A stretch of 64,000 nt of DNA, taken from assembly GCA_903854475.1 (NCBI GenBank), contig CAINWP010000064.1, positions 5,590 to 69,589 on the forward strand, given 5' to 3'. The position numbers and the translations under genes were made by a program. The first letter of the stretch is position 1, and every line of letters starts with the position of its first letter. Shown here piece by piece: positions 45,571 to 54,363 of the stretch. This DNA is from an uncultured Verrucomicrobiota bacterium (GTDB taxonomy: Bacteria; Verrucomicrobiota; Verrucomicrobiia; Limisphaerales; UBA9464). The notes beneath the pieces were generated by a model. It did not search any database and was not told the origin of the DNA. It saw nothing but the letters and a program-made list of their open reading frames with translations.

Positions 45571-48149
45571 TGGGGTTTTATTCAATGCACCTTTCACTCG
45601 ATTTCATGAACTCCTCCTCGATGGTTGTTGTGGCCCACCCTAAGGCCTCTCAAGCGGCCCGGCGGGCCCTTCTGGGAGTAATGACCTTGCTAGTGGCTTT
45701 TTTGGTCGGCAGCCCTGGCCTGCTCCAGGGTGCAACGCTCGAGGTGCACTATCGGGCCGGAGCGGGTGAGTTGGTTCTCGATTCTCAGGATGCCCGGCAG
45801 CAATTGCTGGCCACCTTGAATGGCACCCAGGATATGAGCCGTGAGGTGAGTTGGAGCGCGGAGCCTGCGGGCATTGTCCGGCTCGATACCACGGGCCGTG
45901 TTATTCCGGTGGCTGATGGGGCCGCGGTGATCTCGGCCAAGAGCCGCGACGGCGTGACGGCGCGACTTCCGGTCCGTGTCGTTCATGCGGGTCAGCCGGC
46001 GCCGCTGCATTTTGCCAACCAGATCGTTCCGATTTTCACCAAGAATGGCTGCAACGGTGGCGGATGCCATGGCAAGGCGGCCGGCCAGAATGGGTTTCGC
46101 CTCTCATTGCTCGGCTTCGAGCCAGACGAAGACTACGAACACTTGGTTCGCGAGGCCCGTGGGCGACGCCTGTTTCCGGCCGATCCGCCCCGATCCATGC
46201 TGGTGACTAAGGGGACGGCCGAAATGCCTCACGGCGGCGGCAAGCGCCTGGAAATCGGTTCCGATGACTACCGCCGGTTGGTGCGCTGGATCGCTCAGGG
46301 CATGCCGGCAGGCAAGACCAACGCGGCCACTGTCCAGCGGCTCGAAGTTTTCCCATCAGCGCGGACGTTGGCGCTGAATGGTGAGCAGCAGTTGGTCGTG
46401 ACGGCCCACTACTCGGATGGTTCCACCGAGGACGTCACCCGCAGTTCTCTCTTTGAGCCCAACGACAAGGACATGGCTTCGACCGATGCCAATGGTTTGC
46501 TCAAGATCTTTAATCAGCCGGGTGAGTTTGCTGTAATGGTGCGCTACCAGGGTCAAGTGGCGACCTTCCGGGCCACGATTCCTCTCGGGGCCCCCGTGGA
46601 TCGATTGCCGCTGGCCAAAAACTTTGTCGACGAGTTGGTCTTCAAGCAGCTCAAACAGGTGGGAATGCCTCCTAGTGAAATTTCCGACAAGTCCACCTTC
46701 CTGCGACGGGTCACGCTCGATATTGCCGGTCGATTGCCCGCACCCGATGAGGCTCGGGCTTTCGAAGCCGACACGGCCCCGGGTGATCGAGATCGGGTGA
46801 TCGACCGACTGCTCGCCTCGACGGATTACGCCGATTACTTTGCGGGCAAGTGGGCGGCTCTGCTTCGCAACAAGCGCAGCGAGCCGAAGCATGCCCGCGG
46901 CACCATCGTCTTCCACGCCTGGGTCCGTGACAGTCTGGCGATTAACAAGTCCTACGATCGGTTCGTTCGGGAGTTACTGACGGCCTCGGGCGAAGTTTCG
47001 GAGAATCCCCCTGTGGCTTGGTTCCGTCAGGTCCGCACCCTTCAGACCCAGTTGGAGGACGTTTCCCAATTATTCCTCGGCCAGCGAATGCAGTGTGCTC
47101 AGTGCCACCATCATCCGTATGAAAAGTGGAGTCAGGCCGACTACTGGAGTTTTGGGGCGGCCTTCTCGCAGGTCTCCTACAAGCCGGGTGTGCAACCCGG
47201 CGAAGAGATCGTCATTCACCGTCGTGGTGAGGCTAAGGCGACCAATAAAAAGAATGGCCAGGCCATGAAGCCCGCCGCCCTGGGACAGTCGGCCTTTGAC
47301 ATGAGTGTCGACGATGATCCCCGAGTGTTCTTGGCGGATTGGATGACGTCGCCCAAAAACCCCTGGTTTGCCAAGGCGCTGGTCAATCGCTACTGGAAGC
47401 ATTTCTTTGGACGAGGCTTGGTTGATCCGGAGGATGACATGCGCGACACCAATCCTCCAAGTAACCCGGAATTGCTGGATGCCTTGGCCGCCCACTTTGT
47501 GGTCAGTGGGTTCGACCTGAAGGAACTGGTGCGCACCTTGGCCCGCAGCACCACCTACCAGTTGAGCGCCGAGCCCAATGCTTACAATGCCAAGGATCGG
47601 CACCATTTCTCGCGCTTTTACCCGCGGCGTTTGCCGGCCGAGGTCTTGTTGGATTCGGTGAACACTCTGACCGGTGGACGCAGCCAGTTCGAAGGGCTTC
47701 CGTCAGGCACGCGAGCCATTTGCCTCCCGGACAACAGCTTTAATGCTCAAAGCTATTTCCTGACCGTCTTCGGGCGGCCCGAGGGAAGCAGTGCCTGCGA
47801 ATGTGAGCGGAGCATGGAAGCTTCCCTCAGCCAGAGCTTACACTTGCTCAATTCTAAGGACATCCAGACCCGATTGAGTGCTGATGATTCCCGTCCGGCG
47901 CGGCTTCAAACCGACACCCGTCCGGATCCAGTCAAGGTGGGTGAACTGTATCAGTTGGCCTACGCGCGTTCCCCATCGGTCGAGGAGGTTCAGCGGGCCA
48001 CCGAATACCTGACACGCAAGGCTGGGGCATCCAAACCCGGCAAAGATGCTGCCGAGACCGAGGCGCTCCGGGTTAAAGCGCGCCGCGAAGCGTGGGAGGA
48101 CCTCAGTTGGGCACTCCTGAACACCAAGGAATTCCTCTTCAACCACTGA
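45570..48149 (+). CDS. Ig-like (Big_2-type) + DUF1549 (PSCyt2) + DUF1553 (PSD1) protein
   Basis: Signal peptide. Ig-like module ('VSWSAEPAGIVRLDTTGRVIPVADGAAVISAKS'). 'IFTKNGCNGGGCHGKAAGQNGFRLSLLG' and 'CAQCHHHPYEKW' are hallmark motifs of DUF1549. The C-terminal half is DUF1553-like ('NPELLDALAAHF', 'CECERS'). The ATG at 45570 shares one base with the upstream TGA. Alternative starts are TTG 45567 or downstream ATGs. Confidence 0.85.
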   Translation: MGFYSMHLSLDFMNSSSMVVVAHPKASQAARRALLGVMTLLVAFLVGSPGLLQGATLEVHYRAGAGELVLDSQDARQQLLATLNGTQDMSREVSWSAEPAGIVRLDTTGRVIPVADGAAVISAKSRDGVTARLPVRVVHAGQPAPLHFANQIVPIFTKNGCNGGGCHGKAAGQNGFRLSLLGFEPDEDYEHLVREARGRRLFPADPPRSMLVTKGTAEMPHGGGKRLEIGSDDYRRLVRWIAQGMPAGKTNAATVQRLEVFPSARTLALNGEQQLVVTAHYSDGSTEDVTRSSLFEPNDKDMASTDANGLLKIFNQPGEFAVMVRYQGQVATFRATIPLGAPVDRLPLAKNFVDELVFKQLKQVGMPPSEISDKSTFLRRVTLDIAGRLPAPDEARAFEADTAPGDRDRVIDRLLASTDYADYFAGKWAALLRNKRSEPKHARGTIVFHAWVRDSLAINKSYDRFVRELLTASGEVSENPPVAWFRQVRTLQTQLEDVSQLFLGQRMQCAQCHHHPYEKWSQADYWSFGAAFSQVSYKPGVQPGEEIVIHRRGEAKATNKKNGQAMKPAALGQSAFDMSVDDDPRVFLADWMTSPKNPWFAKALVNRYWKHFFGRGLVDPEDDMRDTNPPSNPELLDALAAHFVVSGFDLKELVRTLARSTTYQLSAEPNAYNAKDRHHFSRFYPRRLPAEVLLDSVNTLTGGRSQFEGLPSGTRAICLPDNSFNAQSYFLTVFGRPEGSSACECERSMEASLSQSLHLLNSKDIQTRLSADDSRPARLQTDTRPDPVKVGELYQLAYARSPSVEEVQRATEYLTRKAGASKPGKDAAETEALRVKARREAWEDLSWALLNTKEFLFNH

Positions 48150-48152
48150 CGC

Positions 48153-50495
48153 ATGTCGCGGGCTTCCTGGGGTCATAGGATCACCGCTGGGTGGTTGCTA
48201 GTGGGTTGGTTGTCCATGGCGACTGCCTGGGCGCAGTTGCCACTAGCCAAACTCAACACGGTGTTTCCGCTGGGTGGCGCGGCTGGGTCCAGCGTGGAGG
48301 TAACGCTCAGTGGGTCGGATCTCGATGAGGCGGACGGTTTGATCTTCTCGGACCCGCGAGTGACCGCCACTCCCGTGCCCGGAACCACTGATCGGTTTCG
48401 AGTCCTGTTGCCGGCTGAACTCTCTGAAGACCGGATCGATCTTCGTGTTCGGGGTCGCTACGGGGTGTCCAATCCGAGGGCCTTTGCGGTAGGGATGCCG
48501 GGAACGGAACTGCGTTGGACTCAGGCCCCTTTGTCACCGGCCCAGGCCTTCGAGTTGCCGTTGGAAGCGGTGATCAATGGGCGTGTGGGTGCTCAGGAGG
48601 TCCTGTGGTTTCGGTTCCAGGGTGAAGCAGGTCAGGCTTTGGGAGTCCGGATCGAAGCCCGTGAACTGGATTCCAAGTTGGTGGCTGACTTGGCGTTGAC
48701 CGATGCCTCGGGGGCCGAATTGTCCCGGGTGCGTCGCCGGGAGTGGTTCAATTTCCGGTTGCCGGCGCGCGGTGTCTACCTCGTGCGCTTGAATGACTCC
48801 CTCTACCGGGGTGGCGATACCCACGGTTTCAGGTTGAAGTTGACCGCGCGCCCGAGTGTGGCCTTCGCCGTGCCGCAGGTGCTGCAGGCGGGACGTTCCC
48901 AACGGGCGATTGTGTACGGGCATCGTTTACCCGGTGGCCACTCTTCCCGTGTCTTAGGAGCCGATGGCGAGCCGCTGGAGGAGCGTGAATTAGAGATCGT
49001 CGCGCCGGCCGAGCCGGCTCATCCCTCCGCCCTGGTGGGGACGCTGGGGCAACCGTCGGCGACTCCCTTGGCCTCGGGGTCCTGGCTTTGGCGGGGCTCT
49101 GACGGTGTGGTGCCGCTGCAGCCGGTGCCGTTTGGTCTTACCGCGCTTCCGGTGGTGGCCGGGGCTTCGACGGGACTGGTTTCCGTGATGCCGCCTTGTG
49201 AATTCTCCGCCCTGTTCCCGGCTCGAGGGCTTTCGAGTGGGGTTGCCTTCGAGGCAAAAAAAGGAGACGTGTTCTGGGTGGAACTGACCTCGGAACGCTG
49301 GGGGCATCCGGTCGATTCAATGGCGCTAGTTCAACGCGCCAAGCCTCCGGAGGCATCCGCCAAGGCAGTGTCGTGGGTGGACGTGTTGGAGTTGGCCGAT
49401 ACCGAGCAAAATTTGGGTGATCGGGAGTTTCCCACCGCCCATCGGGATGCCGCTGCCCGCTGGGAGGTGCCCGAGTCTGGTTCGTATCGTATCCTCGTGC
49501 GCGATGGGTTTCGACGGAGTGATGGGAGTGCGCAATATCCCTACCAGCTGAGCCTTCGCCGGGAAGCTCCGGATTTCCAATTAGTGGTCTTCCCGATGCC
49601 ACCAGCCCGTGCCGGTGAGGATCGTAGCATTCCGGTGCTCCCTTCGGTCCTTCGGCGCGACCAGACACTGGCCTTCCGCGTGGTTGCATTCCGCCGGGAC
49701 GGCTTTCAGGGCGAGATTGAATTGAGTGCGAGCAACCTGCCTCCAGGCGTTCGGGCCTCCTCCACGCGAATCTTGGCTGCTCAGAACACGGGGGTACTGC
49801 TGCTGAGCGCCTCCGCGGAGGCCTCGGGCGTGGCCCCATGGCAGCTAGTCGGAAAGGCCTCGGTGGGTTCGACGATGCTGGCCAGGGTCGCGTCGGTTGC
49901 CTCAGTGGTCTGGCCCGTCATCGATTACAATATTGAGAATCCAGTGGTCCGTCGTTCTCGCGGTTCGGCACTCGGCGTGGTGACCCAAGAATTGGCTCCC
50001 GTGACGATCCGAGTTGGAACCGCCACGGGATCGGCCGATGGGGCGACTTGGAAATTCCCCCTGCAAATTGAACGGCGCGGGGAGTTTCAAGGGGCCTTTA
50101 AACTGAAGGCCGTGGGACAGACTGCGTTGGACAAGGTTTTGGAGATGAGTGTTCCGGAAAAGGCTACCAACCTGGTGGCTGAAGTGTCTCTGGGCGAGGC
50201 TCGACTCCCGTCGGGAACCCACACGCTCTGGCTGCAGGGGACCCTGATCGGGAAATACCGTCAGGCACCCGAAGCCTTGGTGTCGGCAGAGGCGGACTTG
50301 AAGGTGGCCGACCAGGCGTTGTCCGCCGCTAAGCCGGAAGGGAAGGCGGCCGCCGAAACCCTCAAGAAGGATGCCGAGGCTCGTCGTAAGGCGGCCGAAG
50401 AAAAGGCCAAGCCCCGCGACCTGACCCTGGCCATTTGGTCGGAGCCCTTCCATGTGACGGTGGGTAGCGTCGCCAAGCCGGAGGCCAAACAGTGA
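48153..50495 (+). CDS. Secreted hypothetical protein (780 aa) with beta-sandwich-like repeats and a Lys/Ala/Glu-rich C-terminal helix
   Basis: It starts 3 bp after the upstream stop. Signal peptide 'WLLVGWLSMATAWAQ'. No family recognised. The tail 'ADLKVADQALSAAKPEGKAAAETLKKDAEARRKAAEEKAKPRD' lies at nt ~50275-50420. Confidence 0.7.
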   Translation: MSRASWGHRITAGWLLVGWLSMATAWAQLPLAKLNTVFPLGGAAGSSVEVTLSGSDLDEADGLIFSDPRVTATPVPGTTDRFRVLLPAELSEDRIDLRVRGRYGVSNPRAFAVGMPGTELRWTQAPLSPAQAFELPLEAVINGRVGAQEVLWFRFQGEAGQALGVRIEARELDSKLVADLALTDASGAELSRVRRREWFNFRLPARGVYLVRLNDSLYRGGDTHGFRLKLTARPSVAFAVPQVLQAGRSQRAIVYGHRLPGGHSSRVLGADGEPLEERELEIVAPAEPAHPSALVGTLGQPSATPLASGSWLWRGSDGVVPLQPVPFGLTALPVVAGASTGLVSVMPPCEFSALFPARGLSSGVAFEAKKGDVFWVELTSERWGHPVDSMALVQRAKPPEASAKAVSWVDVLELADTEQNLGDREFPTAHRDAAARWEVPESGSYRILVRDGFRRSDGSAQYPYQLSLRREAPDFQLVVFPMPPARAGEDRSIPVLPSVLRRDQTLAFRVVAFRRDGFQGEIELSASNLPPGVRASSTRILAAQNTGVLLLSASAEASGVAPWQLVGKASVGSTMLARVASVASVVWPVIDYNIENPVVRRSRGSALGVVTQELAPVTIRVGTATGSADGATWKFPLQIERRGEFQGAFKLKAVGQTALDKVLEMSVPEKATNLVAEVSLGEARLPSGTHTLWLQGTLIGKYRQAPEALVSAEADLKVADQALSAAKPEGKAAAETLKKDAEARRKAAEEKAKPRDLTLAIWSEPFHVTVGSVAKPEAKQ

Positions 50496-53491
50496 GCTCT
50501 CTTGCCAAAGGTCGGTGTGGATGGTGGACCGCCTGGGCCATCGCTCTCGGGTTGGCCGGGATTCATTCGGTTGCAGCCGCCGTCAATCCGATCCCTATAC
50601 GCAACTCGCTCGGTGATACGAATGCCGCGGTTGGCTTTCAGAAGGACATCCTCCCGATGTTCCAGGCGAACTGCCTTCCGTGCCATAATCAGACCCGAGC
50701 TAAGGCTGGGCTAAATTTGGAGACTCCGGCCTCCCTCTTGCGCGGGGGTGAAACCGGGCCGGGCGCAGTGGCCGGAAAACCCGCCGAGAGTCTCGTTCTC
50801 AAGTCCGCAGCCCATCAGGTTGAAGACTTGGTCATGCCGCCGGCGGGCAACAAATCCAATGCCCAGAATTTGACCCCCGAAGAGTTGGGGGTGCTTTGGC
50901 GTTGGATCGAGCAGGGAGCCAAGGCCGACCGGACCGTCGTAGTGGAGCCCGCGTGGAAGCCGATCTCCCAGGACTGGAAATCCAGTTTTGCAGTGGCCCT
51001 CGATTCGCAGGGCGGCACGGTGGCGGTGGCTCGGGCTAATCGGGTGAGTGTGTTGGAGGTAGCCACTGGCAAAACGGTGGGGCGCTTGCAAGATCCCTCC
51101 CTCGATGGAGCCAGTCAGCGCGATGTGGTTGGAGCTCTGGCCTTTAGCCCTGATGATGAATGGTTGGCGACGGCCGGATTTCGCGAGGTGCGTTTGTGGC
51201 AACGGCGTCCGGTGACGGTCGAGCCGATGGTGTCTATCTCTGCCAAGTCGTCTTGGGTGGCTGCGGCGTTCTCGCCGGATGGCACTGCATTGGCCTCGGT
51301 GACGGCCTCGGGAATTTTGGAAGTCCGCTCTAATCCGTGGTCGCGTGTGCTGGGTGCCGGGGCGCTGAAGGGGATGTCGCCGAGCACGTCGTTGTCGACA
51401 GTTCGCCTTGGGTGGTCTCCCGATGGGCACTGGTTGGCAGTGGTCTCCGGTCGTGAGTGGTGGAATGTTTCGATAACCAAGACGGGGCTACTGTTTTCCA
51501 AGGTGATGGCACTGCCGGTCGAACCGACAGGAATGGCCTGGGTTCCAAGAGAAGGTCAATGGTGGGTGACCTATGGCTCCGCCCATGCGGCTCAGCGGTT
51601 GCGACGAACCGGTGATGGCGCAGGCAGCGGGAACTGGGTGCTCGAAGACGCTCCCGGAATCCCTTCAGCGGTAAGCATACTAGCGGCGGACACCGCGACG
51701 GGAGGTGCACTTTGGTTGTCGGATTCCAATGGGGTCATCCAACAATGGACTCAAAGTTTGGCCACTCAGCGGCGGTTGTCCGCTCCGGTCCGGTCTTTGC
51801 TTTGGGATCGATCCGGATCCAATGGGGTTGCTGTTTTGGCGGACGGCTCCGCAGAGACGGTCTTCCGAACTCTTTCCCTCACCAATGGGGCCCGCATGGC
51901 AGGCGATCCTCGACTTTCGGCGGATGTGGCGCGGGAGGAGGCGGAGTTGGGGCGGAGTAAGTTGGAATTGGCCGCGGCGGGAACTTGGATTCAAGAGGCC
52001 CAAACGGCGGTGACCAACGCTCAGACCGCATTAGGCAAAGCGCGTGAGAAGCGCGATCTCGCGACAAAAACGCTTTCCGAGCGGGAGAAGGAATGGTCGG
52101 ACCAGAATGCTCTCGCTACCACGGCCACCCGGGAACGGGATGCGGCCGCCAGTGAATTGACCAAGATCCAGACGGAATTCCACCAGGCCAGCAATTCCGT
52201 GCAGCAGGCGACCGCCCTGGCCAAGGGATCGCCTGAATTAGCGTTGAAGGCCTTGGACGATGTCATCGCGAAGGCAGAGCTGTTGGGTCTTCGGAAGGCT
52301 GCGTTGGAGCGGGCCGAAATCGAAGTTCCGCCGCGTCGCAAGAAGGCTGAGGAGCAATTGGCGGCCGCTCAAAAAAAGGCAGGCGAGCTGAAGGGGACGC
52401 TCGACAAGGCTCGTATTGCGGCCGAAGGCACTGTGCAGGATGTCGTTCTTGCGGAGAAAAACGTCGTGACGACGACGGCTTCCGTGGCCTCGACCCAGGC
52501 TGAAAAGACGGTGGCTCAAGAGCGAGTGAGTCGATCGGAGGCCCGGATTCAGGCGCTTCAGGCTCATTGGAATCGATCCAAGTCCCAACCCTTCCAGAGT
52601 GCTGCCGTGTCACCCTCAGGAGGCGCGCTGTTGACGGTGGGTGCCGATGGATTGTGGACCCGGTGGCACCCCGATATTGGTAGAGCTGTTAGCACCTTTG
52701 CCGTGGGCCAAGGAGCTCCGCTGGCCTTGGTCGCTCTGAGTGAGGACGAATTTTTGGCCGCGTTCCCGGATGGCCTCAGCCGAATCCAGACCGCACGCCC
52801 TTGGTTCCTTCGGCAGACCTTGGCGGGAACATCGCTCGCCCCCGCCTTTGCTGACCGTGTGAATGCGTTGGCCTTCAGTCCCGATGGCACCCTGTTGGCA
52901 ACCGGTGGCGGTGAGCCTTCGAGGTCCGGGGAACTCAAGCTGTGGCAGTTGTCCGACGGCTCGGTGGCCCAGGATCTGGGAAGCCTGCACAGCGACGCGG
53001 TGACCGCATTGGCCTTCTCACCGCGCGGTGACCGCCTGGCCAGCAGCGGGGCCGATCGATTCGCCAGGATCACCGGGCTGAAGACCAACATGCCTCGCTT
53101 CAATCTGGAGGGACACACCCACCATGTCATCGGGGTGGCTTGGACGGCCGACGGCAGTGTCTTGGCGACGGCCGGAGCCGAGGGCACGGTCAAGTTGTGG
53201 AACCCTCGGACGGGTGAGCGTCGCAAGAATATCGATGGCTTCGGTAAAGAGGTGACCGGACTTCAGGCCGCCGGTCAGGCCTTGCGGTTTGTGGCGGTGA
53301 GCGGGTCGGGCAAGGGGCGCGTGTTCAAGGCCGACGGTGAGACGTTGCGAGACCTTGCCGCTGCGCCCGAGTACCTCCAGGCCCTTTCGGTGAGTCGCGA
53401 TGGACGGTGGGCCGTGGGTACCGACGATCGCGGGATTGTGCGCGTCTGGGATACCGAGACTGGTCAACTCCGGAAGAGTTGGGAGCCCTAA
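50492..53491 (+). CDS. PSCyt1 (CxxCH-like) + WD40 repeats + ~220-aa coiled coil + WD40 repeats protein
   Basis: GTGA overlap with the upstream gene. 'ILPMFQANCLPCHNQTRAKAGLNLE' (C-x2-C-H at 50672-50686). WD40 blades occur on both sides ('ALAFSPDDEWLATAG', 'AAFSPDGTALAS', 'ALAFSPDGTLLATGG', 'LAFSPRGDRLASSGAD', 'VAWTADGSVLATAGAEGTVKLWN'). A heptad-like Ala/Glu/Lys/Gln region lies at ~51920-52585. Confidence 0.8.
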   Translation: MSSLAKGRCGWWTAWAIALGLAGIHSVAAAVNPIPIRNSLGDTNAAVGFQKDILPMFQANCLPCHNQTRAKAGLNLETPASLLRGGETGPGAVAGKPAESLVLKSAAHQVEDLVMPPAGNKSNAQNLTPEELGVLWRWIEQGAKADRTVVVEPAWKPISQDWKSSFAVALDSQGGTVAVARANRVSVLEVATGKTVGRLQDPSLDGASQRDVVGALAFSPDDEWLATAGFREVRLWQRRPVTVEPMVSISAKSSWVAAAFSPDGTALASVTASGILEVRSNPWSRVLGAGALKGMSPSTSLSTVRLGWSPDGHWLAVVSGREWWNVSITKTGLLFSKVMALPVEPTGMAWVPREGQWWVTYGSAHAAQRLRRTGDGAGSGNWVLEDAPGIPSAVSILAADTATGGALWLSDSNGVIQQWTQSLATQRRLSAPVRSLLWDRSGSNGVAVLADGSAETVFRTLSLTNGARMAGDPRLSADVAREEAELGRSKLELAAAGTWIQEAQTAVTNAQTALGKAREKRDLATKTLSEREKEWSDQNALATTATRERDAAASELTKIQTEFHQASNSVQQATALAKGSPELALKALDDVIAKAELLGLRKAALERAEIEVPPRRKKAEEQLAAAQKKAGELKGTLDKARIAAEGTVQDVVLAEKNVVTTTASVASTQAEKTVAQERVSRSEARIQALQAHWNRSKSQPFQSAAVSPSGGALLTVGADGLWTRWHPDIGRAVSTFAVGQGAPLALVALSEDEFLAAFPDGLSRIQTARPWFLRQTLAGTSLAPAFADRVNALAFSPDGTLLATGGGEPSRSGELKLWQLSDGSVAQDLGSLHSDAVTALAFSPRGDRLASSGADRFARITGLKTNMPRFNLEGHTHHVIGVAWTADGSVLATAGAEGTVKLWNPRTGERRKNIDGFGKEVTGLQAAGQALRFVAVSGSGKGRVFKADGETLRDLAAAPEYLQALSVSRDGRWAVGTDDRGIVRVWDTETGQLRKSWEP

Positions 53492-53590
53492 GCGGCGGAC
53501 CGGGTGAGGCGTGTTTGCATTACCTTGCCTGGGTTCGTCACCTTCCTTTGACCCCGCGCATCGAATCTGCATCCTAGAGCTCAATTCTCC

Positions 53591-54358
53591 ATGTACCTCG
53601 CCGAACTCACTTCGCCGCAGTTGGCCGCCTTGCCGCGCGAGACGCCGATTATTTTCCCCATCGCCGCGCTGGAGCAGCACGGGGGGCATTTGCCCGTGCT
53701 GACTGACACCCAACTTGTGGGCGAGGTCGTACGTCGGGCCGAGTTGGCGCTGTCTCAACAGGTCGTGTTCGCTCCGGTGCTCTGGCTCGGAAATTCGGAT
53801 CATCACCTCGATTTTCCGGGGACCCTTTCGGCACCGCCTCGTCCGTATTTAGACCTGCTCGTGGGCCTTGCGGAGAATGTGCTGAGGCATGGATTTAAGC
53901 GGGTGATCTTCCTCAACGGCCACGGGGGCAATGATGTCCCGGGCCGTCAGGCGGTCTTTGAATTGCGCCAACGTCACCGGGATACGGAGGGGTTGCTGCT
54001 CCTCATGGCCACCTACTGGAGCCTGGGTGGAAGGCCCTTCGAGCGGTCCGTGGCCGGGGGGTGGGTGCAGCAGGAGATGGGGCATGCCTGCGAATGGGAG
54101 ACCTCGATGATGCTGCGATTGGATCCCGCCAAGGTGGGATCCTTCGGTTCGCTGGATCCAGTGGATGCGACGGCACCGTTTCATCCGGCCCATCGGGGTT
54201 GGGTCACCCGCGAACGAACCGCCACTGGTCACATTGGTCAGCCCGCAGCTGCGTCGCAGGAAAAAGGTGAAGTGCTCTTCGAAGTGTTCTCTGCCGATGT
54301 GGTCCGCTTGCTGGAGCGGGTCCGCCGGTGGGACGGAGTCTCTTGGTCGGAAGCCTAG
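53591..54358 (+). CDS. Creatininase-family amidohydrolase
   Basis: 'PIAALEQHGGHLPVLTD', 'FLNGHGGND', 'HACEWETS'. These are the metal-binding motifs of the creatininase/ArfB/MftE family. Confidence 0.85.
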   Translation: MYLAELTSPQLAALPRETPIIFPIAALEQHGGHLPVLTDTQLVGEVVRRAELALSQQVVFAPVLWLGNSDHHLDFPGTLSAPPRPYLDLLVGLAENVLRHGFKRVIFLNGHGGNDVPGRQAVFELRQRHRDTEGLLLLMATYWSLGGRPFERSVAGGWVQQEMGHACEWETSMMLRLDPAKVGSFGSLDPVDATAPFHPAHRGWVTRERTATGHIGQPAAASQEKGEVLFEVFSADVVRLLERVRRWDGVSWSEA

Positions 54359-54363
54359 GTGCC

